Below, one piece after another: positions 57,359 to 64,000 of a stretch of DNA of 64,000 bases. Both the position numbers and the translations under genes were made by a program. Under the pieces are notes generated by a model. The model saw nothing but the letters and a program-made list of their open reading frames with translations, did no database searches and was not told where the DNA came from. The DNA comes from Elusimicrobiota bacterium (GTDB lineage: Bacteria > Elusimicrobiota > Elusimicrobia > UBA1565 > UBA9628): contig JACRDP010000009.1 of the NCBI GenBank assembly GCA_016212855.1, forward strand, positions 89,275 through 153,274. The letters are read 5' to 3'. Positions within the stretch are counted from its first letter, which is position 1, and every line of letters starts with the position of its first letter.

Positions 57359-57799
57359 TTACTCGACGATCAATCCTTTTTCCTTCAGCTGAGCGAGGAA
57401 CGTCTCGGCCTCCGTCGCCATCTTGCCGGTCGGGTCTTCGAACTTCTCCTTGAGCTTGGCGACGAGGTTGGACGACTCGGCGCCCGCGATGACCTCGCGC
57501 ACGACGGCCGCGCCGGTGGGGCTCAAAGTGTAGACCTTCTCGGAGCGCGTCTCGAACAGGACCGCGCCGAACTTCTCTTCACGGAATTTGACGAACGGGG
57601 CGAGTTTCATGATTCCCTCTCTATGGGCGACGAGGCAGGAGTTGGCGTCCCAGACCTCGCGCGCCGCGATCTCTTCCATCTCACGTCTGACCTTCAGAAT
57701 GCTGGCCGTGTCCGCCGCGTCGGCCTGAACGGCTTCGGTTTCAGAGACGACGAAGTCTCCGCTCTTCCACGACTTTCGGAGCAGGGCTTCGTACGACAT
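57359..57799 (-). CDS. PqqD-like (RRE-type) peptide-chaperone domain protein, 146 aa
   Basis: The C-terminal ~85 aa (FREEKFGAVLFETRSEKVYTLSPTGAAVVREVIAGAESSNLVAKLKEKFEDPTGKMATEAETFLAQLKEKGLIV) follow the PqqD strand-strand-strand then three-helix pattern. The N-terminal ~60 aa are unassigned. Confidence 0.6.
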   Translation of the reverse strand: MSYEALLRKSWKSGDFVVSETEAVQADAADTASILKVRREMEEIAAREVWDANSCLVAHREGIMKLAPFVKFREEKFGAVLFETRSEKVYTLSPTGAAVVREVIAGAESSNLVAKLKEKFEDPTGKMATEAETFLAQLKEKGLIVE

Positions 57800-58746
57800 T
57801 AAAATTCTCTCTTAGCCATGATCTCGACGAAGAAAGCGAGTTCCTTCGCCTCGGCCTTGCAGGGCAGCTTGTCGATCATGGCCAACATCGAGTCCACGAT
57901 CTCGCGGCCTTTCGCCCGCGTCTTCTGTATGCAGCCGCGATCCTTCAAGAGCTTGGCGATCTTCGCCGCGTCGGGCTTCTCTTCGTTCCATAAAGCCAGG
58001 AACTCGTCCCTGACGGTCGGATCCTGAACGGCATAGATGCACGGCAAGGTCAGCTTGCGATTGGCCAGGTCCTGACCCTCGTCTTTGCCCGAGATGCGGT
58101 CCGACAAAGTGTAATCATGAATGTCGTCGACGATCTGAAGGAGAATGCCCGCGGCGCAGGCCAGGCGAGGCGGATCGCTTTGCTCATGCGGGAAGCTCGA
58201 GAGCTCCGAGAGCACCGACCCGGCCCACTCGAACAAGGCGCCGGTCTTGCGCGACGCGACGCCCATGTAAGCGTCGACGGTCACTTCGAGAGAGCCCTTC
58301 AAAAACTCTTCCTGCAACTCGCCCACGGTCATCTCGCGCACCGTGGTGACGAGAAGCTTGGGCGCGTTCGGGGAGATATCGATGGCCTCTTCGAGGCCCT
58401 GCGCGAAGGCCAGGTCGCCCAGGAGAAGGCCCGTGGTCGTGCCGAAAATCTTGTTGGGGGTCGGATGCCCGCGGCGCAGGTCGGCCTCGTCCACGCAGTC
58501 GTCGTGGAGCAAAGACGCGTTGTGGACCAGCTCCATGGCCCGCGACACGCCCTCGGCCTTCTCCTGGTCCACGCCCAGGGCGCCGGACAGAAGGAGCGCG
58601 AAGCGCGAGCGCAGCATCTTTCCCGGGCGGGAGATATGGGCCGCCAACTCCTGTCCCACGCGCCCCTCGATGCGGCGGGCGCGGCTTTCCAAGCCGGCGC
58701 GTACTCGCGTCAGGGAGTCCTCGACCTTAAGAAGGGAGATCGGCAT
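57799..58746 (-). CDS. polyprenyl diphosphate synthase (IspB-like trans-prenyltransferase)
   Basis: First Asp-rich motif LLHDDCVDEADLRRG and second IVDDIHDY. 1-nt TAATG overlap with the downstream gene. Confidence 0.85.
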   Translation of the reverse strand: MPISLLKVEDSLTRVRAGLESRARRIEGRVGQELAAHISRPGKMLRSRFALLLSGALGVDQEKAEGVSRAMELVHNASLLHDDCVDEADLRRGHPTPNKIFGTTTGLLLGDLAFAQGLEEAIDISPNAPKLLVTTVREMTVGELQEEFLKGSLEVTVDAYMGVASRKTGALFEWAGSVLSELSSFPHEQSDPPRLACAAGILLQIVDDIHDYTLSDRISGKDEGQDLANRKLTLPCIYAVQDPTVRDEFLALWNEEKPDAAKIAKLLKDRGCIQKTRAKGREIVDSMLAMIDKLPCKAEAKELAFFVEIMAKREF

Positions 58747-58767
58747 GGGGTTCTCGATTATACCAAG

Positions 58768-59262
58768 TCAGGCCATCGTCTTTAAGACGGCAAGCACCTT
58801 CGGCATGACCGTGCTCCGTTCCTGCCGCGCCAGGCGGCCCAGGACGGAGTCCACCGTCTTCACGAGCTCCAACAGCTCCGAAATCTTCTTGTTGAAGCGG
58901 GGATCACCCGACTCCTTGAGACACTCCTCCAAGGCGACGATCACCGGCTCGATTTCCCGCTTCTTGCGCTCGCGCGCGATGCGGCAGCCCATGCTCCAGA
59001 TGTCCTGGTCGGCCTGGAAGTACTCGCGCCGCTCCGAACCGACCGAGACGCGCCGGATCAGCCCCCAATCGACCAGAGCACGAAGGTTCATGTTGGCGTT
59101 GCCCCGCGAAATCTCCAGACGCTCCATGATCTCGTCCGTGGACAGGGCCGCGTCGGCGGCTATGAGGAGTGCATGGATACGCGCCATCGTCTTATTGATG
59201 CCCCAGCACGAGGCCATCTCCCCCCAGGTGCGGACGAATTTGTCCTTGGCGTTATCTTTCAT
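58768..59262 (-). CDS. GbsR/MarR-family winged-helix transcriptional regulator
   Basis: I start at ATG 59262 (MKDNAKDKFVRTWGEMASCWGINKTMARIHALL..STDEIMERLEISRGNANMNLRALVDWGLI). An AT-rich promoter-like region lies at 59263-59314. 21 nt upstream of the polyprenyl synthase gene. Confidence 0.7.
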   Translation of the reverse strand: MKDNAKDKFVRTWGEMASCWGINKTMARIHALLIAADAALSTDEIMERLEISRGNANMNLRALVDWGLIRRVSVGSERREYFQADQDIWSMGCRIARERKKREIEPVIVALEECLKESGDPRFNKKISELLELVKTVDSVLGRLARQERSTVMPKVLAVLKTMA

Positions 59263-59314
59263 ATATTTCTGAAAGTATGATACATGATGAAACACTTGGG
59301 GTCAAGACCCAGAA

Positions 59315-60514
59315 TCAGATCAGGCCGAGCTCTTTGCCGACCTTGCCGAACTTCTCGAGGGCGAAGTCGAGATCCTGGCCGGTGTGGCCGGACGAAACGA
59401 TCGTGCGCAGGCGGTCCTTCCCCCGCGCCACGATCGGGAAGCAGATGGCCAGCGCGAACACGCCCTCGTCGAACAGACGCGCGGAGAACTCCTGCGCCTT
59501 CTTCGTGTCGCCGACGATCACGGGCGTGATCGGGGTCTCCGACGCGCCGGTGTCGAAGCCGAGCGTTTTGAGGCCCTCCTTGAAGTGGCGGGCGTTCGAC
59601 CACAGCTTTTGAATGCGCTGCGGCTCCTCGAGCATCACGTCGAGCGCGGCCGAGCAGGTGGCGATCACCGAGGCGGGATGCGAGCTCGAGAAGGTGAACG
59701 GGCGCGCGGTCGATGTGAGGTAGTCGATGAGTCGGCGCTCTCCGGCGACATAGCCGCCGACCGCGCCGACCGCCTTGGACAAGGTCCCGATCGAGACCTG
59801 AACGCGCTCTGACACCTTGAAGTGGTTCGGCGTGCCGCGCCCGTTCTCCCCCATCACGCCGGAGGCGTGGGCGTCGTCGACCATGACGAACGCCCCGTAT
59901 TTCTCGGCCAGGTCGCAGATTTCCGGAAGCGGGGCGAGGTCCCCGTCCATGGAGAACACTCCGTCGGTCACGATCATCTTGCGCCGCGCGCCGCGCGCCT
60001 CGGGCGACTCCAAAATCGCCCGCAGCGCTTTCATATCCTTGTGCGGATACACCTTGCGCGCGGCCTTCGCGAGACGAGCGCCGTCGATGATGGACGCGTG
60101 ATTGAGCTCGTCGGAGATGAGCAGATCCTTGGGATCGCTCATCAGGCTCTGGCAGCAGGCGACGTTGACGGTGAAGCCGGACTGGAAGACGAGCGCGGCC
60201 TCGGTGCCCTTGAACTTGGCGAGCTTCGCCTCGAAGGCGAGATGGACGTCCTGGGTGCCGATGATCGGGCGCACGGCCGCGGTGCCGACGCCGTGCGAGT
60301 CGACGGCGGCCTTGGCCGCGGCCTTGAGCTTCGGGTGGCCCGTGAGGTCGAGGTAGTTGTTCGACGTCAGGTTCACGACCTTCTTGCCGTCCACGACGGA
60401 GACCGGGGCCTGGTGGCCGGAAAGCACGCGCAGCTTCACGAAGCGGCCTTCGCTTTTGAGCGCGGCGATGTCGGCGTCGAGGAAGTCCATGAGTGAACCG
60501 GTCTTAGGTGCCAT
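59315..60514 (-). CDS. kbl: glycine C-acetyltransferase (2-amino-3-ketobutyrate CoA ligase)
   Basis: I start at ATG 60514 (MAPKTGSL..). ..NNYLDLTGHP.., ..DDAHASG.., ..GTLSKA.. (PLP Lys). A tdh gene lies nearby. Confidence 0.85.
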   Translation of the reverse strand: MAPKTGSLMDFLDADIAALKSEGRFVKLRVLSGHQAPVSVVDGKKVVNLTSNNYLDLTGHPKLKAAAKAAVDSHGVGTAAVRPIIGTQDVHLAFEAKLAKFKGTEAALVFQSGFTVNVACCQSLMSDPKDLLISDELNHASIIDGARLAKAARKVYPHKDMKALRAILESPEARGARRKMIVTDGVFSMDGDLAPLPEICDLAEKYGAFVMVDDAHASGVMGENGRGTPNHFKVSERVQVSIGTLSKAVGAVGGYVAGERRLIDYLTSTARPFTFSSSHPASVIATCSAALDVMLEEPQRIQKLWSNARHFKEGLKTLGFDTGASETPITPVIVGDTKKAQEFSARLFDEGVFALAICFPIVARGKDRLRTIVSSGHTGQDLDFALEKFGKVGKELGLI

Positions 60515-60530
60515 GCGGGGATTATATAGA

Positions 60531-62042
60531 ATGTCCGCCATGCGACGCATCGACGCGGCGGCGGCCGTCCTTCTGGCGCTGTGCCTGAGCTGTCTTTTGG
60601 CGCGCCTCGCGGCGGTGCCGGCCATGTCCCTCGATGAGGCCTGGATCGGCCTGTTCGCAGGCCGCTTGCGCGCCCAGGGCTTCTACACGCCCCACGAGAT
60701 GAACCATTACACCGGACCGCTGTTCGCCTGGCTCGCGGGCCACTTCTTTTCCTGGCGCGGGACAAGCCTCGAGAATCTACGCCTGCCCGGCGCGCTGCTC
60801 AGCACGGCGGCGCTCGCCGGGCTGTGGCTGCATCTGCGCCGGCGCGTCTCGCCTGAGGCGGGGGTGACGTGGCTACTGCTCGCCGCCGGCTCGGCGTACT
60901 TCCTGATGAAGTCCCGCCTGGGCTGGGAGGTGTACGCGCTGCACCCGATCCTGATCCTGGGCGTCTTCGCGGCGCTCGCCCGGCCCGGCGGCGGGCCCGC
61001 GCTCGCCGCGTTGAGCGTGATCGGCACGCAGAACCACTTCATCTTCCTTTCGATCCCCGCCTCGCTCGTCGTGCTCTTCGGAGCGCGGGCGGCCTGGCGC
61101 GGCGAAAAGGAAGCCGAGCAGCGTCTGCGCGACGCCGCGGCCGCGCTCGCGGCCTCCGTCGTCTTCGCCTTGATCAAGCACCCGGTTTCCGAGGAGACTT
61201 GGATGGCGCACCGCGCGGCGCTCGTGGCGGCGCTTCTCGCGGGACCTCTCCTCGCCGCCGTCGGAGTCCGCGCGCTCCCGGTCCGGCTGCTGCTCAAGCC
61301 GTTCGGATTCGCGCGTCGCGAGCTCACGATCCTGCTGGCGCTGGCCTCGATCGCGTTCGGCGTGTGGCACGTCCCGCCGCTCGCGCAGGTCTTCGCCGGG
61401 CCGGTGGTCTTCAAGCGTCTGTTCTCGTACGAGACTCCGGCGCTCCTGAGCATCCTCTTGCACGCGTGGGGCGTTTTCCTCGCCGCAACCCTCGCGTGGT
61501 ACAGCGTGGGCGCCTGGCACGACACGACGCTCGGCTTCCACGAGCGCACGCTCCGGCTCTGGCCCGCCGCCTACGCCGCCGTCTTCGTCGCCTTCCGCCA
61601 CACGAGCTCGCTGCGCTACTACTCCCTGCCGTTCCTGCTCTCGGCCGTGGCCCTCGCGACGATTCTGCCGCGGATGGCCCGCGCCGACAAGCGCGGTGTG
61701 TATGCCTGCGCGGCGGCGGCGGCCCTGCTCACCCAAAGCCTGCTGTGGAGGGAGTTGATCGTTCCCGGGGACCGACGTCCGCTGAGGTTCCACGTCGGTT
61801 GGCGCCATGAGAACTCCAAGGATTTCTCGCGCAAGGAAGGGCTGTTCGCGGCGTTCGACCAATCAAGGGCTTGCGCCGTCGCCCATCCAGAACGGAGCTT
61901 CACCGCCATTCCGCTGTTTTTCCATCTCACCGAGTCGCCCGCGCGAGCTTGCGACTCCGCGCTCGCCTTCGATTCGGACCAGAGCCCCGAGAAAACCGAG
62001 CCGCCTTATTACCGCTGGACGCTCGTGCCGGTCGCGAAGTAA
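60531..62042 (+). CDS. GT-C fold membrane glycosyltransferase-like protein
   Basis: I start at ATG 60531 (or 60540). ..SLDEAWIGLFAGRL.., then 10 or more hydrophobic segments. Only 16 nt from the divergent kbl start. Confidence 0.5.
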   Translation: MSAMRRIDAAAAVLLALCLSCLLARLAAVPAMSLDEAWIGLFAGRLRAQGFYTPHEMNHYTGPLFAWLAGHFFSWRGTSLENLRLPGALLSTAALAGLWLHLRRRVSPEAGVTWLLLAAGSAYFLMKSRLGWEVYALHPILILGVFAALARPGGGPALAALSVIGTQNHFIFLSIPASLVVLFGARAAWRGEKEAEQRLRDAAAALAASVVFALIKHPVSEETWMAHRAALVAALLAGPLLAAVGVRALPVRLLLKPFGFARRELTILLALASIAFGVWHVPPLAQVFAGPVVFKRLFSYETPALLSILLHAWGVFLAATLAWYSVGAWHDTTLGFHERTLRLWPAAYAAVFVAFRHTSSLRYYSLPFLLSAVALATILPRMARADKRGVYACAAAAALLTQSLLWRELIVPGDRRPLRFHVGWRHENSKDFSRKEGLFAAFDQSRACAVAHPERSFTAIPLFFHLTESPARACDSALAFDSDQSPEKTEPPYYRWTLVPVAK

Positions 62043-62632
62043 GACGGCGGACCCTCGACGGGCAGCAGCTCCCACAGGTCCTCGACGGCGACCGCGCGCA
62101 GAGCTTCGCGGCGCGACAGGACGCGGACATCGAGCGGGATCGCCCACTTTTCCTTCAACACAACCGCGAGAACGCGCGCGGCTTCACCGATGGCTCGGCG
62201 GCCGCGCGAACCTTCGACGAGCACGAGTTCCAAAGACTTGCCCGGCTCCAGGCGTCCCTTGGCCGCCGCGCCTCCGAGCAGAACGGCGGCCGCCTTGCCG
62301 CGCAGCTCGCCCTTGATCGCGTCGGCCACGCCGTCCGCATGCTCCGACTCGCGTTCGAACATCGGCGCGAGAACCTCCGCCACGAGCCAGCGCCGGCGGT
62401 CGAGGCGCCACTGGTCCGAGCGTCCGGCGGGACGCCGCTCGACCAGTCCCAGGCGCTCCAGGCCGGCCAAGGCGACGGCCGCGCCCTGGTGATTGATGCG
62501 CGCCAGGCGCGCCACGGCGCGGCCCGACAGCGGCGCCCTGGCCTGCGCCAGTTCGCGCAGGACCGCGAGGCGGCTCGGAGCCGACAAAACGGCGTCCAAC
62601 GGGCGGGCGAGATGGCCTTTCAGGTAGATCAT
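62009..62632 (-). CDS. winged-HTH protein fused to a degenerate nucleotidyltransferase-like domain
   Basis: N-terminus: ..SRLAVLRELAQARAPLSGRAVARLARINHQGAAVALAGLERLGLVER.. (wHTH). C-terminus: ..AAVLLGGAAAKGRLEPGKSLELVLV.. resembles the minimal NTase GS..G....SDxD motif but with the acidic pair replaced. GGGAGG SD. Confidence 0.5.
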   Translation of the reverse strand: MIYLKGHLARPLDAVLSAPSRLAVLRELAQARAPLSGRAVARLARINHQGAAVALAGLERLGLVERRPAGRSDQWRLDRRRWLVAEVLAPMFERESEHADGVADAIKGELRGKAAAVLLGGAAAKGRLEPGKSLELVLVEGSRGRRAIGEAARVLAVVLKEKWAIPLDVRVLSRREALRAVAVEDLWELLPVEGPPSYFATGTSVQR

Positions 62633-62644
62633 GGGTCCTCCCAG

Positions 62645-62669
62645 TCTATGTCTATAATTATAGACATAT
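62645..62669. promoter_or_regulatory. 25-nt motif TCTATGTCTATAATTATAGACATAT containing a perfect 20-nt palindrome and a TATAAT box (candidate autoregulatory operator/promoter)
   Basis: ATGTCTATAA|TTATAGACAT (62648-62667) is a perfect palindrome. The minus-strand TATAAT (62662-62657) lies 24 nt upstream of ATG 62632. 21/25 nt identical to 44814-44838. Confidence 0.5.
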
Positions 62670-62751
62670 TCTGAACACCACGGACAAGACCTGGGCCGAA
62701 AGACGCCGAAAAAAGACCCGTAAGGCCCCCGACCGCCGATTGCGATTCCCC

Positions 62752-62757
62752 TACAAT
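62752..62757 (+). promoter_or_regulatory. -10-like hexamer TACAAT, 6 nt upstream of ATG 62764
   Basis: TACAAT aaaacc ATG with no SD. Confidence 0.35.
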
Positions 62758-62763
62758 AAAACC

Positions 62764-62949
62764 ATGAAAGCCGCGCTCAAAGCGGGCCGCCTCTCCGACG
62801 CGGAAGTGCCCGCGGCGTTCCGCGAGCGCGCCGCGACCATCGATTTCGACGTCCCGTCGCTCTCCGACGCGGTGCTCACCCTGTCCGAATCCGCCGAGGG
62901 CACGCCCTGGGAAGCGAAAACCGCGGCGCTCGCCACGCTGCTCCCTTAA
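62764..62949 (+). CDS. small hypothetical protein (61 aa)
   Basis: In-frame ATG inside track ORF 62740..62949. Third-position GC is high, like the rest of the genome. Leaderless-type TACAAT context. No motif recognised. Confidence 0.4.
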   Translation: MKAALKAGRLSDAEVPAAFRERAATIDFDVPSLSDAVLTLSESAEGTPWEAKTAALATLLP

Positions 62950-63968
62950 GGGACGAAGACGACCTTGCCGCAGTCGCGCGCCGGCGCGTTCATCGCGGCG
63001 AAGCCCGCCTCGAAGTCCTTGAGCGGGAAGGTGTGGGTCACGACGGGCTTGAGGTCGATCGCTCCCGAGCGGAGCAGGCGGTCGGCCTTGTACCAGGTCT
63101 CGAAAATCTCGCGCCCGACGATGCCGTGTACGCGCACGCCCTTGAAGATCAGGTCGTTGGCCCAGTCGAGCTCGATCTTCTTCGAGGGGATGCCGAAGGC
63201 GGTGATGCGCCCGCCGCTGCGCACGAACTTGAACGCGTTCGTGATCGCGGCCTGAGCGCCGGACATCTCGCAGACGACGTCGTAACCGTCCTTGACCTTG
63301 CCGGCCTTAACCGCGTCCTCGTCGGGCGAGACGACGGTGGTGGCGCCCATGCGCAGCGCGAGTTCGGCGCGATATTTGGAGCCCTCGACGGCGACGATGC
63401 GGTCCGCGCCGGAGGCCTTGGCCACCGCGATCGAGAACAGTCCCTGCGGGCCGCAGCCCATCACGAGCACGGACTTGGCGGCGACGGGCTCGACGAGCAC
63501 GGAGTATACGGCGTTGCCGAACGGCTCGAACAGCGAGCCCAAATCCCTTAACGTGTCGTCCGTGTGCTTCCACGCGCACCGCGCCGGCACCGCCGCGTAC
63601 TCGCCGAAGCCTCCGGGGCCGTCCACGCCGATGATGCGCATCTCGCGGCAGACGTGGCGCTGGCCGTTCTGACACTGATAGCACAAGCCGCAGAAGATGT
63701 GGCTCTCGACGGAGACGAAGTCGCCCTTCTTGAAGTCGCGCGCGGACGCGCCGACCTCGGCGATCGTCCCGCAGAACTCGTGGCCGAAGGTGGACGGCGT
63801 CTTGAAGCGTTCGGGCGCCCAGGAGGTCCAGCCGTAGATGGGCAGGTCCGAGCCGCAGATGGACGCGCGGTGAACTTTGACCAAAACCTCATCGGGCTTG
63901 AGCTTGAGGTCGGCGACGGACTCGAAGGCCGCTCCGGGAGCGGGCGTTTTTTTGAGCAGGGCTTTCAT
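62946..63968 (-). CDS. tdh: L-threonine 3-dehydrogenase
   Basis: MKALLK..., ICGSDLPIY, GHEFCGTIAEVG, CGLCYQCQNGQRHVC, GCGPQG. A kbl gene lies nearby. Confidence 0.9.
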   Translation of the reverse strand: MKALLKKTPAPGAAFESVADLKLKPDEVLVKVHRASICGSDLPIYGWTSWAPERFKTPSTFGHEFCGTIAEVGASARDFKKGDFVSVESHIFCGLCYQCQNGQRHVCREMRIIGVDGPGGFGEYAAVPARCAWKHTDDTLRDLGSLFEPFGNAVYSVLVEPVAAKSVLVMGCGPQGLFSIAVAKASGADRIVAVEGSKYRAELALRMGATTVVSPDEDAVKAGKVKDGYDVVCEMSGAQAAITNAFKFVRSGGRITAFGIPSKKIELDWANDLIFKGVRVHGIVGREIFETWYKADRLLRSGAIDLKPVVTHTFPLKDFEAGFAAMNAPARDCGKVVFVP

Positions 63969-64000
63969 TCGAAGAAATTCCTCGCGACGAACAGAAGGTT

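Noticed and set aside
60515-60530. The 16-nt divergent gap (GGGATTATATAGA..) as a full bidirectional promoter
   Set aside because: It is too short to hold two promoters. More likely one or both start codons are mis-assigned (alternative ATG 60540 for the plus gene) or promoters lie inside the neighbouring coding regions.

Overview
High-GC bacterial chromosome segment. My hand counts give about 65% GC in housekeeping parts, with several lower-GC islands. Bacterial identity follows from murC, rsmA/ksgA, era, nusB and an NAD-dependent ligA. I call about 62 tightly packed protein genes, many joined by ATGA/GTGA start-stop overlaps. I saw no rRNA, tRNA, CRISPR array or transposase.

Most of the window is ordinary core metabolism and signalling:
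- Minus-strand operon rdgB(-TPR)-murC-rsmA followed by two GT-C membrane proteins, with mutY diverging nearby.
- Minus-strand operon hemW, PIN-PhoH, a response regulator and valS.
- era, speA and two Zn-dehydrogenases.
- ribD / ribE-ribBA-ribH-nusB, then ligA and purH.
- kbl and tdh, ppk2, a homogentisate-type aromatic catabolism cluster and many response regulators.
- An archaeal-type topoisomerase VI (A and B subunits).

Two loci stand out as candidate novel systems.

(1) 53.4-59.3 kb is an eight-gene, translationally coupled minus-strand operon. It encodes a GbsR/MarR-like regulator, a polyprenyl-diphosphate synthase, a PqqD-like protein, three paralogous radical-SAM enzymes whose SPASM-equivalent tails lack the auxiliary-cluster cysteines, and a MenA-like aromatic prenyltransferase. 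It also contains a 39-aa ORF that is not in the supplied track (54396..54515, minus) and has a PqqA-like W-x-x-P...E-E-V leader and a C-terminal Tyr/Phe. This combines RiPP/peptide-derived-cofactor logic with isoprenoid-quinone tailing logic, a combination I cannot match to a described pathway.

(2) 0.4-4.6 kb is a lower-GC island. It holds two tandem paralogous Cys/Ser/Thr-rich peptides (CGNTC repeats), a HopA1-like protein, and a protein kinase fused to a LanC-like cyclase with a possible N-terminal RRE-like module. This is a lanthipeptide-like architecture that fits neither class III/IV nor class V cleanly.

Other observations:
- About 850 bp of ~43% GC lies in frame inside valS.
- RdgB runs in frame into a signal-peptide/TPR protein.
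- A 25-nt palindromic motif is shared between the rib cluster and the promoter of a wHTH gene.
- A recurrent leaderless-type promoter/start arrangement appears at several genes.
- An HNH-endonuclease island carries a 26-nt perfect palindrome and tandem 11-mers.

All functional calls come from reading motifs by eye. No database search was run.
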